Shown here: piece by piece, positions 39,101 through 48,857 of the stretch | Position numbering within the stretch: the stretch's first letter is position 1 | How the letters are laid out: every line of letters starts with the position of its first letter | Notes under the pieces: model-generated | Seen by the model: the letters and a program-made list of their open reading frames with translations, nothing else | Databases searched by the model: none | What the model was told of the DNA's origin: nothing | NCBI GenBank assembly: GCA_963666345.1 | Contig: OY762721.1 | Span: 3,328,001 to 3,392,000 of the forward strand | DNA length: 64,000 bases | Reading direction: 5' to 3' | DNA from: Desulfatiglandales bacterium | GTDB lineage: Bacteria > Desulfobacterota > DSM-4660 > Desulfatiglandales > Desulfatiglandaceae | Program-made: the position numbers and the translations under genes

Positions 39101-40243
39101 CTATTCTTTCGGTTTCCCCATTACCTCTGCGTACATGTCCATGTCCCAGGTTCTGCATTCGGCTATGTTCTGGCGGAACTTGAGGAAGTCCACGGTGTCC
39201 TTGCCCGTTATCTTCTTCGTGTTAAAGGCGCCGAAGCCCAAAAACGCCTCGCCCGACATGTTGGCGGCCAGCCAGTGCCTGTTGTAGTTCTTGGAGTAAT
39301 CCCAGAAGAATTTTTTCTTTGCGCGCACGCTGTCGATCGATTTGATCAGGCAGGCGGGAAAGAGGTTGGCGAACGTCCATACGATCTTGTCCACCTCTTT
39401 GTCCAGGAGTTCAAAGTCGGCATTCGGCTGATGCTCCTTTACAAATGCCCTGGCCTCTTTTAGTTCCTCACCCTTTTTGAATTCGCCGTAGACTATCTCG
39501 CCGTCTTCGACGTAGCGGTCGGTGACGATCTGGGGATTTCTCATCCATTTTCCGTCCACCTTGAGCACCGGCACACACTTGCTGATCAGGTTTTTCATCT
39601 TCATCTTGTAGGCGGACCACATCTCGCATGATACGCAGTTCCACATTGCATCCTCAATCCCGAGGTACCAGGGCAGGAAGTCGGATGAGCCGCCGTCGGG
39701 GGCCGACCCGTGTCGGGGGCCTGCCTGTCCGAAGATCGCAAGATCCGAGGAGATGGCGATATCGCAGGCCATGCCGATTTCCTGACCCCCTGCCACCCTC
39801 ATCCCGTTTACCCTGCAGATCACCGGCTTTTTACATGCCAGGATCGAGTCGACCATATGGTTGAAAAGCTCCATGTACTGGCCGTATTCGTCGCAGCGCA
39901 TGCTGTAGAACTCACTGTATTCCTTGGTGTTTCCTCCGGTGCAGAAGGCATATGGCCCTGTCGCCGTAAACACCGCTGCAACGACGCTTCTGTCCAGGGA
40001 GGCGTTCTCAAAACCTGCGATAACCCCCTTGACCATCTCGGTGGTGTATGAGTTAAACTGTCTCGGGTTGTTGAGGCGGATCCAGCTCACGAAAAGCCCG
40101 TCGATCACCTTTCCTTCAGGATCGGTAAGGGGTCTTTTTTCGTACACCACACATGGGGCGTCGGCATCCGTTCCCCAATGTACATCCGTGTGCAGCGCGT
40201 GATCCTTCTGTTCGTTGTCTCTCGGCATCCACTCTAATGACAT
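39101..40243 (-). CDS. oah: 6-oxocyclohex-1-ene-1-carbonyl-CoA hydrolase (Oah/BamA)
   Basis: NP.QFNSYTTEMVKGVI, FCTGGNTKEY, CRVNGMRVAGGQEIGMACD and FGQAGPRHGSAPDGGSSDFLP motifs. Confidence 0.95.
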   Translation of the reverse strand: MSLEWMPRDNEQKDHALHTDVHWGTDADAPCVVYEKRPLTDPEGKVIDGLFVSWIRLNNPRQFNSYTTEMVKGVIAGFENASLDRSVVAAVFTATGPYAFCTGGNTKEYSEFYSMRCDEYGQYMELFNHMVDSILACKKPVICRVNGMRVAGGQEIGMACDIAISSDLAIFGQAGPRHGSAPDGGSSDFLPWYLGIEDAMWNCVSCEMWSAYKMKMKNLISKCVPVLKVDGKWMRNPQIVTDRYVEDGEIVYGEFKKGEELKEARAFVKEHQPNADFELLDKEVDKIVWTFANLFPACLIKSIDSVRAKKKFFWDYSKNYNRHWLAANMSGEAFLGFGAFNTKKITGKDTVDFLKFRQNIAECRTWDMDMYAEVMGKPKE

Positions 40244-40350
40244 AATACGCTCCTCCTTTCCTTCCTTTGATCTAGCTCTTCAGCAGTTTATGGTTGCTCC
40301 GCATAGCGGATTGTTTTCGCCTGTTGCCTGATGAACCTGTTAAAATAAAG

Positions 40351-41457
40351 CTAGAAATCGGGGGTCAGCACGATCCTCTTCATCGGAGGCGTCTTGTGCG
40401 CCTCCGCGAACGTATCGGCGATGGTGCTCATAGGCCGGGTCTCAACGAACTGCTCCATATTGATCTTTCCTGAAAGCACCATATCGAGCACTACCGGATA
40501 GTATTCGGGAAGACATCCCCAGGTCCCTATGATCTCTGCGTCAAATGCCATTAGCCTGCCGATCGCATACTCGGTTCTTGCCAGACTGAATCCTACCACT
40601 ATCAGCTTTCCGACAAACCCGAGAAGGGTGAGTGCTATCTCCTGTCCCGCCTTTGAGCCCGTCACCTCGAAGATCTTCCAGCCGAAGTTTGGAAGGCCCT
40701 TTTCCTTGCAAAGTCCCCTGAATTCCTTGGACACCGCCTTTGCGTCCTTGTCCGTGGAATTGATCACATAGTCCGCGCCGAACTTGAGAGCCCTGTCCAG
40801 CTTGTCCTGGTTCCTGGCGATTCCTACCACGGTCCTTGCTCCCAGGGCCTTTGCGACCTGGCCCATGTACTGCCCCACCCCTCCGGTGATGCCAAGGACC
40901 ACCACGTTGTCTCCGGGCTGCAGGGCCGCCCTTTTGGCGGCCTGGTAAGGCGTTGTCGCCGCATCGGCCACTACCGCGAAATGTGAAAGAGGGGTGTCAC
41001 CTCTTTGCTTTATCTCGCACAGATCGATGGTGGGTACCGGGATATGGCTTGAAAATCCGCCATAGATACCGAGGCTGTTTCCGGGCATCTTCTGGTTAAG
41101 GCACCTGTTTCCGCGTCCGGTCTTGCACAGGATGCACTTGCGGCAGGGCATCACGGCCGGGATGATAACCTCTTTGCCGACCCATGCCTCATCACCCGCC
41201 ACCACGGTGCCGGATATCTCGTGTCCCAGGGTAAGCGGGGGCTTTGAGACATTGGGCACTCCGTCATAAAAAAAACCGAGGTCAGTGTGGCAGACTCCGC
41301 AGCCGGCGATTTCCACAAGGGCCTCGTCCGGTGCAAGCCCCGGAACGGGTATCTCGGTTTTTTCCAGTTTACCGGGGGTAACCTCCCCTGTGTCCCTGTC
41401 CTTTGTCGTAGGCTGTACCATCTGCCATGTCTGAATTTTGTCAGGTACTGCTGCCAT
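40351..41457 (-). CDS. had: 6-hydroxycyclohex-1-ene-1-carbonyl-CoA dehydrogenase (Had/BamQ)
   Basis: GCGVCHTDL, LGHEISG, QKMPGN, VVADA.TTPYQA and RLMAFDA..GTWGC.PEYYP motifs; adjacent to oah. Confidence 0.92.
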   Translation of the reverse strand: MAAVPDKIQTWQMVQPTTKDRDTGEVTPGKLEKTEIPVPGLAPDEALVEIAGCGVCHTDLGFFYDGVPNVSKPPLTLGHEISGTVVAGDEAWVGKEVIIPAVMPCRKCILCKTGRGNRCLNQKMPGNSLGIYGGFSSHIPVPTIDLCEIKQRGDTPLSHFAVVADAATTPYQAAKRAALQPGDNVVVLGITGGVGQYMGQVAKALGARTVVGIARNQDKLDRALKFGADYVINSTDKDAKAVSKEFRGLCKEKGLPNFGWKIFEVTGSKAGQEIALTLLGFVGKLIVVGFSLARTEYAIGRLMAFDAEIIGTWGCLPEYYPVVLDMVLSGKINMEQFVETRPMSTIADTFAEAHKTPPMKRIVLTPDF

Positions 41458-41625
41458 TTTTTGCCTCCTTTCAAAATGTTTGACTGGAGATCACTTGAAA
41501 AAATAAACTCATACAGGATAAACAGCACTGCTTCTATCTGCGTGATAAATCAGTCCTCAACCGCATATGTGCCCTGAGGCCCGCTTTGACCGGTACCTGG
41601 CTGCCTTTCAGACACTTCCCCGAAA

Positions 41626-42378
41626 CTACACCATCCCGTAGCCGCCGTCCACGCAGAGGAGCTGGCCCGTGATATAGCTGCTCTCATCGGATGCAAGAAA
41701 GACGAATGCCGGGGCTATATCCTCGGGCTCGGCAAAGCGCCTGAGCAGTATGCGGTTCATATATATCTCCCTCAGTTTTTCATCCGTTCTGATTTTTTCG
41801 GTCATATCGGTGGCCACGATTCCAAGAGAGATGACATTGGCGCATATGCCGTATCGGGCAAGCTCACGGGCGATCGACTTGGTCATGCTCAGTATGCCCC
41901 CCTTTGCCGCGCTGTAGTTTATCTGGCCGACCGTGCCCACCAGTCCGGCAACCGAGGTAACGTTTATTATCTTGCCGCTTTTTTGCTCTTTCATATGAAG
42001 GGCTGCCGCCTGTGAGCAGAGAAACGCGCCCTTAAGATGTATGTCCACCACCTGGTCCCACTGCTCCTCGGTCATCTTGACCATCAGGGCGGGGCGGGTA
42101 AAACCTGCGTTGTTTACCAGTATGTCGAGCCTGCCGAAACGGTCGATGGCGGCATTTACAAGCCCCTGCGCCTCGGATTTTTGAGCCACGTCCGCCTTGA
42201 CTGCAAAGGCATTGCGGCCCATGGCCTTTATGGCGTCGACCACCTCGTCAGCGGCCTTTTCATTTGAGGTGTAATTTACGATCAGGTCCGCTCCATCCTT
42301 TGCAAAACCGAGGGCCACGGATCTGCCCACACCTCTACTGCTTCCCGTTACAAGAGCTATTTTATTTTTTAGCCTCAT
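41626..42378 (-). CDS. Short-chain dehydrogenase/reductase (FabG-like)
   Basis: TGSSRGVG, NNAG and YSAAK motifs. Confidence 0.9.
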   Translation of the reverse strand: MRLKNKIALVTGSSRGVGRSVALGFAKDGADLIVNYTSNEKAADEVVDAIKAMGRNAFAVKADVAQKSEAQGLVNAAIDRFGRLDILVNNAGFTRPALMVKMTEEQWDQVVDIHLKGAFLCSQAAALHMKEQKSGKIINVTSVAGLVGTVGQINYSAAKGGILSMTKSIARELARYGICANVISLGIVATDMTEKIRTDEKLREIYMNRILLRRFAEPEDIAPAFVFLASDESSYITGQLLCVDGGYGMV

Positions 42379-42500
42379 TATGTTATACCTTTCTTGAAAA
42401 TCACGCTTTGAGGTTTCCGATTGTTTTTCGTCAAGATTGATACGGCAAACAAAAAAAGCCCTCCCGCAGGGCGGGGAAGTTGAATGAGATCGGCAGAAAT

Positions 42501-42557
42501 AACTACAATATAGTTACAATATAGTTATAATTTAGGAAAAAGCACATTTGTTGTCAA
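42501..42557 (-). promoter_or_regulatory. Candidate sigma70 promoter of the SDR-had-oah-dch-ade unit, overlapped by 11-bp tandem repeats
   Basis: TTGACA (42557-42552)-17 bp-TAAATT (42534-42529); TACAATATAGT twice at 42504-42525. Confidence 0.55.
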
Positions 42558-42809
42558 GGAAAATTGAAGTATCTCTTTTAAGGAAAAAATGGTTTTTGAA
42601 AGGCCGAAATCATTAAAATCGATCGGTAACAGAGAAGGTCGAATAAATTATCTTCTCTGACAAGATTTATTTCAATAAAGAAGATCCGGTTCCGACGGCC
42701 ATGTCGGGAAAAGGGGCACGATTACGTCTTTGATCGGCAGGAAAGGCAAAAGAAGGGCAACGTTATTGTTTATACGGGAAAGGCGGGAAAAGGGAGAAGG
42801 GGTTAAGGG

Positions 42810-43958
42810 ATGAGGTACACATTTGTGCAACTCAGGAAGGAGAGGTTTTTCAATATACTTCTCGGTACCATCTCGGTTATCCTCTTCGGGGCGGTTACCG
42901 TCTTTTTCGCGGACAACTATTACAGCGAAAGGGGCCTCACAGGTATTTTCGACGCGGTATGGTGGGCGGTGGTAACGATCGCAACGGTCGGTTACGGGGA
43001 TATAGTGCCCACCAGCACCGTAGGGAAGATAGCCGGTCTTATAGTAATCATAAGCGGTCCGGTGCTTCTCTCTCTTGTAACCGCCTCTGTGGCATCCGTG
43101 CTGGTTGAAAAGAAGATAATGGAGGGAAAGGGTTTGGAGGCCGTAAGAGATAAGGATCACGTAATTGTATGCGGCTGGAACGAAAACGGTGATGCCGTTA
43201 TAGGGGGCATATCGGACCAGTCAGAGGGATCTGTTATCGTGCTCGTAAACGAGCTTGACAGAGACGACTTTCAGACCATTCAGTACAGGCACAAAGAGCA
43301 GGAGCTTCGTTTTGTAAGGGGAAATTTCGTCAAGGAGGATGTGCTTGCCAGGGCCAATCTTGCCAGGGCCAGAGCCGCCATAGTTCTGGCCGATACCTCG
43401 GGCGGCCACGCCATCGAAAAGGCGGACGAGCGGACCATCTTCGGGACCATGGCGATAAAGGCGATGGCCTCCAAGGTGAGGACCTGTGCCGAGTTGATCC
43501 ATTCGGAAAACAGGGAACACCTGAGAAGGGCCAATGTGGACGAGATCCTGGTGAGGGGTGAGTCGGCCGGTTCCATGCTGGCAAAGGCCGCGACCGCCCC
43601 CGGTATAACCGACGCGCTCAGGCTTCTGATTAACGACAGGGACGAAAACAAGTTGTGGCGCTTACCAGCGACCAGATATGAAGGCAGGGCAGTGGCCGAA
43701 ATGGCCTCTGCCATGCGCGAAAGACATGGGGCGATGATCGTCGCGGTGATAAAAGAGAAACAGCGCATGTCCATCAATGATATACTCTCTGATGACCTCA
43801 CTCTTGTGGACCAGTTCATAAAGAGAAAGTTTGAGGAGTCAGGCAAGGATTTTTTCGGTGAAAAAAAGGACGTATCGGTCATACTCAATCCTGATTATGA
43901 TTACGAATTAAACCCCGGTGACTGGGTGCTCGTGCTTTCAAAGGAAAGACCCTATTAG
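42810..43958 (+). CDS. Two-TM potassium channel with RCK (TrkA-N) domain
   Basis: WWAVVTIATVGYGD selectivity filter followed by the HVIVCGW Rossmann-like RCK domain. Confidence 0.93.
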   Translation: MRYTFVQLRKERFFNILLGTISVILFGAVTVFFADNYYSERGLTGIFDAVWWAVVTIATVGYGDIVPTSTVGKIAGLIVIISGPVLLSLVTASVASVLVEKKIMEGKGLEAVRDKDHVIVCGWNENGDAVIGGISDQSEGSVIVLVNELDRDDFQTIQYRHKEQELRFVRGNFVKEDVLARANLARARAAIVLADTSGGHAIEKADERTIFGTMAIKAMASKVRTCAELIHSENREHLRRANVDEILVRGESAGSMLAKAATAPGITDALRLLINDRDENKLWRLPATRYEGRAVAEMASAMRERHGAMIVAVIKEKQRMSINDILSDDLTLVDQFIKRKFEESGKDFFGEKKDVSVILNPDYDYELNPGDWVLVLSKERPY

Positions 43959-43967
43959 GGGAGCGCC

Positions 43968-44498
43968 TTGGTAAATCCGATTTCAAAGGGTGCCCGTACG
44001 ATGGATAGGACTTTTAGAGATATCCCGATTTTCAGTTCACTTGATGAGTCTGAAATCTCGGATGTGATGAAGATCACAAGGGAGAAAAGATTCACTCAAG
44101 GCGATGTGATAATGAGGGAAGGGGACGACGGGGACACCATGTATCTGGTGCTTGAGGGAGAGCTGGAGGTGTCAAAGACACTTACCATGAAATTTGAAGA
44201 GGACGATTACAGGGAGGGCGAGAAGATCCTTACGAGATACCGGCCAGATGATCACGCGGTTTTCGGGGAGATGGCGCTGATCGGAAGATACCCCAGGTCG
44301 GCCACCATATCCGCCATGAGCGACTGCAGGCTGCTTGAGATAAACAGGGAAGATTTCATGAAATTACTGGAAGAAAACCCGGCGGTGGGTGCAAGGGTTC
44401 TAATCAAGATCTCAGAATCGCTCATAGCCAGACTCAGGCAATCAAGCAGAGACATAACAAGGCTTTCGACCGCCCTTTCGGTTGCCCTCGGCAAATAG
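43968..44498 (+). CDS. Stand-alone cyclic nucleotide-binding domain protein
   Basis: IMREGDDGDTMYLVLEGELEV and FGEMALI...PRSATI motifs; no HTH. Alternative ATG at 44001. Confidence 0.9.
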   Translation: MVNPISKGARTMDRTFRDIPIFSSLDESEISDVMKITREKRFTQGDVIMREGDDGDTMYLVLEGELEVSKTLTMKFEEDDYREGEKILTRYRPDDHAVFGEMALIGRYPRSATISAMSDCRLLEINREDFMKLLEENPAVGARVLIKISESLIARLRQSSRDITRLSTALSVALGK

Positions 44499-44516
44499 AC
44501 GACAAAAGGGATTATA

Positions 44517-45320
44517 ATGCTGCCAAATAAACCGTATGATACGACAAGAGTCTTTCTGACCGTGATAATTGTGCTCTGCCTTTCGGGATGTGCAAGGGAA
44601 AGGCATGTGGTGAAATCGATCCCTCAGCCCATAAAAAAGCTTGTAATTCCGGATAAGATCACAGATCCCTCGTTCAGGCCCTATGATATAAACGGGGAAA
44701 AATATTATCCACTTCCCAGCGCGGACGGTTTTGTTCAATATGGCAAGGTATCCTGGTACGGAAAAAAATTTCACGGCCGTCCTACAGCAAGCGGTGAGAT
44801 CTACAATATGTACAAGAAGAGCGCCGCGCACAAGACCCTTCCCCTGGGGACGATCGTGAAGGTTATCAACCTCGACAACAACAGAGAGACGGTCGTCAGG
44901 ATCAATGACCGTGGGCCTTTTGTGAAAGGCAGGATCATAGATCTGTCATATGCAACCGCAAAGGAGGTCGGACTGGTTCGACAGGGCGTTGCCCGGGCCA
45001 AGATTATTGCACTGGGCAAAGAGGTCGGAAGGCTCAAGTCGCCTCAGGGTCTTAAACCGGTTCTTGAGGTGGGAAGCCTGACAAAGGGTGAATTCGTGGT
45101 TCAGATAGGGGCCTTCAAGAAAAAGGAAAATGCCTTGAGGCTTGCTGACAGACTTGGTGTTATTTTCAATTATGTGGACATTACCATCTTCGATGATGCC
45201 TACAGGGGAATCCTTTACCGGCTGCGCGTCTCCAAGTCCAAGACCCTGGAAGAGGCGGGCAGGGCCGAAAGGAAACTGGAGGATATGGGGTTCAAGGAGG
45301 CCTTCGTGGTCAGCCTTTAA
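44517..45320 (+). CDS. rlpA: Septal ring lytic transglycosylase RlpA family lipoprotein with SPOR domain
   Basis: Lipobox LSGC; SWYG..FHGRPTASGE, AAHKTLP, RINDRGPF..GRIIDLS and VQIGAF motifs. Confidence 0.95.
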   Translation: MLPNKPYDTTRVFLTVIIVLCLSGCARERHVVKSIPQPIKKLVIPDKITDPSFRPYDINGEKYYPLPSADGFVQYGKVSWYGKKFHGRPTASGEIYNMYKKSAAHKTLPLGTIVKVINLDNNRETVVRINDRGPFVKGRIIDLSYATAKEVGLVRQGVARAKIIALGKEVGRLKSPQGLKPVLEVGSLTKGEFVVQIGAFKKKENALRLADRLGVIFNYVDITIFDDAYRGILYRLRVSKSKTLEEAGRAERKLEDMGFKEAFVVSL

Positions 45321-45603
45321 CGTCCTGGTTTACCTTGTTTCTGAGCACGCCTGAAGTCTTGAAAACGACCACACGTCTGGCCCTCAACTGAAGGTCTTTC
45401 GTGGTCTGGGGATTTCTTCCGCGTCTTGCCGCCTTGCCCTTTACTATGAATTTTCCGAATCCGCTTATGAGGACATCCTCCTGTTCAGCGAGAGATCCTT
45501 TGATCAGCTCCAGAAGTTTTTCCACAACAGAACGGGAGTTGCTCTTGCTGAGTCCTACCTGGTGGTAGATATCATCGATTATCTTTTCTTTGGTAAGGGC
45601 CAC
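45310..45603 (-). CDS. ihfA: Integration host factor subunit alpha
   Basis: GTG start after AGGAGGAGG; ALTK, ISGFGKF, RRGRNPQT and ARRVVVFK motifs. Confidence 0.85.
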   Translation of the reverse strand: MALTKEKIIDDIYHQVGLSKSNSRSVVEKLLELIKGSLAEQEDVLISGFGKFIVKGKAARRGRNPQTTKDLQLRARRVVVFKTSGVLRNKVNQDVKG

Positions 45604-45695
45604 CTTTCCTCCTCCTGGTATAAGTGCGGTTTGAGGCGACAAGTAAAGATCTACGGAAAATACATCAAATAATATGAATTATGCCTTAAATGGTG

Positions 45696-46196
45696 TCAAG
45701 TGTTTTTTATTTGCCGGAATTTCTCTTTTAGCTTATGATTTACCACACTTGGCACCAGTGAACTGACATCGCCGCCCAGGCTGGCGGCCTCTTTTATTAT
45801 GGTTGAACTGGTGTAGAACCACTTATATTCGGTCATCAGGAAAATTGACTGGACATTCCTGTTCAGCTTTCGATTCATGAGCGCCATCTGAAACTCGTTT
45901 TCAAAATCGGAAAGTGCCCTAAGGCCCCTTAATATGACATTTGAGCCTTTTCTTACGGCATAGTCCACAAGCAGGCCGTCAAAGGAGTCGACCTCGACAT
46001 GGTCCCCTTCTCTGCTTAGGGCCTCCTTTATCATGCATATCCTTTCCCCCAGAGTAAAAAGCGGCCTTTTTTGAGGATTGATCAGTATGGCAACCACCAG
46101 TTTGTCAAATATCTTAAGGCCCCTCCTTACGATACTCAGATGTCCGTTTGTAATGGGGTCAAAAGACCCGGGATAAATTGCCAGCCTTCCATTCAT
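45696..46196 (-). CDS. coaD: Pantetheine-phosphate adenylyltransferase
   Basis: YPGSFDPITNGH and RGLRALSDFENE motifs. Confidence 0.97.
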   Translation of the reverse strand: MNGRLAIYPGSFDPITNGHLSIVRRGLKIFDKLVVAILINPQKRPLFTLGERICMIKEALSREGDHVEVDSFDGLLVDYAVRKGSNVILRGLRALSDFENEFQMALMNRKLNRNVQSIFLMTEYKWFYTSSTIIKEAASLGGDVSSLVPSVVNHKLKEKFRQIKNT

Positions 46197-46762
46197 ATTT
46201 GGCTAACCTCACATCTGTAGAAAGTAATTTTTGTATCTCCGTACAATCTTTCATCTTCAAGTTCGAGGACTCCCGAAGGAGAGGAAACTTTTTCGTTTTT
46301 GTAGGACTCCGCCACCACACAGGCCCCCGGCGAGAGTATCTTCCCGTTTGAGATTTCTTCGAGAATCTTGGGAAGCAAGCCCTTACCATAGGGAGGATCA
46401 AGAAAAACAAGATCAAAAAGGCCCGTGGCAAACAATCGCGAGGACGGGATTCCTCTTGCAAGATCCCACCTGAATGTAAGGCCCGATTTTTCAAATCCGC
46501 ACAGGGCCAGGTTTTTTTGCAGGATACCGAGGGCCCGAGAAGATTTGTCTACAAACAGCGTTTCGAGCGCCCCTCTGCTGAGGGCCTCAATTCCAAGCGT
46601 TCCGGCTCCGGAAAAGAGATCCATGACCCGAAATCCCTTCACGTCCTGACCCAGGATGTTGAATATCGCCTCTCTGACGTTATCGGAGGTAGGCCTGATT
46701 TTGAGCCCTTTGAGCGTGGAAAGACTCCGGCCTTTGTGCTTACCGCCGGTGATTCTCATCAA
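46193..46762 (-). CDS. rsmD: 16S rRNA m2G966 methyltransferase
   Basis: MRITGG..KG, RPT..VREAIFN, DLFSG.G.LG.EALSRGA and DPPY motifs. Confidence 0.95.
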   Translation of the reverse strand: MMRITGGKHKGRSLSTLKGLKIRPTSDNVREAIFNILGQDVKGFRVMDLFSGAGTLGIEALSRGALETLFVDKSSRALGILQKNLALCGFEKSGLTFRWDLARGIPSSRLFATGLFDLVFLDPPYGKGLLPKILEEISNGKILSPGACVVAESYKNEKVSSPSGVLELEDERLYGDTKITFYRCEVSQI

Positions 46763-47549
46763 AGGCTACCTGATTGCCGGCGGCGGGTTCATCCGTCTCC
46801 TTCTTTTTTATTGCCGTCTCCACCCTTCTATGGCGGAAGAGGGCCTGGATCGGACCCGAAACCAGATAACTGGCTAACATTAGAAAGAGCAGTATTTTGG
46901 GCCTGTAGGTAATAACAATGCATATAAGAATGGTTCCGACCAGCACGCTGAAGGGTTTCTGCTTTTTCAATTCCAGTTCCTTGAAACTGGCATAATCTAT
47001 GGTACTCACCATGAGAAATGAGAGGACATACACGAGCGCGAAGACAAATATGTGAGGGGACTCGGGGATCCAGCCTATGGCGTCGGTAAAGAGTATAAGA
47101 GAAGCAATTGAGCCGGCGGCGGCCGGTATTGGAAGCCCTTTGAATCTGTTGGGCGCTACTATCTCCTTCTGTATGTTGAACCTTGCCAGACGAAGGGCCC
47201 CGCAGATCACGTAAGTAAAACATGCAAGCCACCCGAGTCTTCCGAGGGGCTCAAGCGCCCACTGAAACGCCAGCACCCCGGGGGCCACGCCAAAGGCCAC
47301 CAGGTCGGACAGTGAGTCATACTCCTTCCCGAAGTCGCTTTCCGTTCCGGTAAACCTGGCCACCTTGCCGTCCAGCAGGTCGAAGACGCAGGATATGAGA
47401 ATTGCAGTGGAGGCAGCTACAAAACGCCCCTGAATGGCGGCTATGATGGCGTAAAAACCACCGAAAAGGCTCGCCGAGGTGAACATGTTGGGGAGCACGT
47501 ATATGCCTTTTCTATCCCTTTTAACCATCTCTCTTTTTTTATGTCTCAT
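46740..47549 (-). CDS. pssA: CDP-diacylglycerol--serine O-phosphatidyltransferase
   Basis: LPN.FT, DLLDGKVAR...FG.EYDSLSD.VAFGVAP, ALRLARFN and F.GLP.PAAA motifs. Confidence 0.95.
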   Translation of the reverse strand: MRHKKREMVKRDRKGIYVLPNMFTSASLFGGFYAIIAAIQGRFVAASTAILISCVFDLLDGKVARFTGTESDFGKEYDSLSDLVAFGVAPGVLAFQWALEPLGRLGWLACFTYVICGALRLARFNIQKEIVAPNRFKGLPIPAAAGSIASLILFTDAIGWIPESPHIFVFALVYVLSFLMVSTIDYASFKELELKKQKPFSVLVGTILICIVITYRPKILLFLMLASYLVSGPIQALFRHRRVETAIKKKETDEPAAGNQVAFDENHRR

Positions 47550-48211
47550 GGCAGATTCGCTATGACGGTCATTCCCGCTTTTACCTTCTGACCCGGCACG
47601 GCCTTTATTTCGGAACCAACAGGAAGGTATACCTCAAGCCTTGAGCCGAAACGGATAAGACCGAAGCGCTGACCCCTGTCGACCTTGTCCCCTTCTTTTA
47701 CCCAGCATGCGATACGCCTTGCTATCAGACCGGCGATCTGTATAAAGACTATCGGCCTTGAGCCGGTGGTTTCAAGGGTAATGATATTCCTTTCATTAAG
47801 TTTTGAGGCCTTCTCCAGGCTGGCGGCAAAGAATTTGCCCGGCAGATAGGAGATCTTTTTTATTGTGCCTTCTGCCGGAACCCTGTTCACATGCACGTTA
47901 AAGACCGACATAAATATGCTGATCTTTAAAACGGCCTCACCTGAGGGGCTTTCATCTCCTGTTATCTCCTCAACCGCCAGGACCCTGCCGTCGGCTGGGG
48001 TAAGGATCTCTCCTTCTTTCGCGCTGTTGTTCCTTTCAGGATCCCTGAAAAAGAAACATATAAAAAGGCTGATCAACCCTGTGATAATTGCAATAAAAGA
48101 AAGTCCGAGTAATGCAAAAACAAGGGTAATTAACCAGCCTGCGCACATGAACGGGAGCCCTTCTTTCGCAAAGGGCCATTTATTGTAGATACGATTGTTG
48201 TTTGATTTCAA
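47546..48211 (-). CDS. psd: Phosphatidylserine decarboxylase (short type)
   Basis: FFRDPER, PADG, IFMSVFNVHVNR, QIAGLIARRI and RFGSR cleavage motif. Confidence 0.95.
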   Translation of the reverse strand: MKSNNNRIYNKWPFAKEGLPFMCAGWLITLVFALLGLSFIAIITGLISLFICFFFRDPERNNSAKEGEILTPADGRVLAVEEITGDESPSGEAVLKISIFMSVFNVHVNRVPAEGTIKKISYLPGKFFAASLEKASKLNERNIITLETTGSRPIVFIQIAGLIARRIACWVKEGDKVDRGQRFGLIRFGSRLEVYLPVGSEIKAVPGQKVKAGMTVIANLP

Positions 48212-48314
48212 AATTGAGTCTCTGATTGTGCCCCGAAAAGTCGGATTAATACGCCTACATTGCAGATAGCTAAAACCGCGCTTACCCGGGGCTTATGTAA
48301 AATAATAAAACTAC

Positions 48315-48342
48315 ATTATATTTCTAAATGTTACTTTGTCAA
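48315..48342 (-). promoter_or_regulatory. Consensus sigma70 promoter upstream of psd-pssA-rsmD-coaD
   Basis: TTGACA-16 bp-TATAAT on the minus strand, about 100 bp before psd. Confidence 0.75.
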
Positions 48343-48857
48343 TGTCCTTATCGGAAACCGTATGATTATCCGGGTGTTTGACGGCCTTTTGAGTCGCTTT
48401 GCCAGGCATGAGGGCGGATTCGAAGAGCCAGGGGCTCCAGTGGAGAGCATGCCTCCTGTTTTATTTTTTTTGGGGTATTTGTTTCCGGTACGCTCCGGCC
48501 CCGGCGCTATTTCTCCGGCCTTCTCCAGCCTTTACGGAGAAATGGCCGCATCTGCGGGCTTTTGCAGACGCTACCTTCTCTGACAGGGCACCGTGGAAAG
48601 AAAGCCCTGTCTGCGGCCGCTGTGACTCCCCGTGCTATCTTTTTATGAGATAAGACCGGGAAAAAGAGCCCCGGCGCCTGCGCTTGTGTGTAAGGCAGGC
48701 AGAGGTATTGAAAAAAGGGAGGCTTTTCCCTTTCCCGCATTTCCCGCCTTTCTCGCTTAATTATAACAAATAACGAATAACGCTGCACGTCCAGCCTGCT
48801 GGTGCTGCGGCCACGGACTCCTTTTTTGATCTGCTGCCTATCATGGGGTGGAGGCGC

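Noticed and set aside
48404..48454. tRNA-like TTCGAATCC on the minus strand
   Set aside because: No cloverleaf, D-arm or acceptor stem can be built around it.
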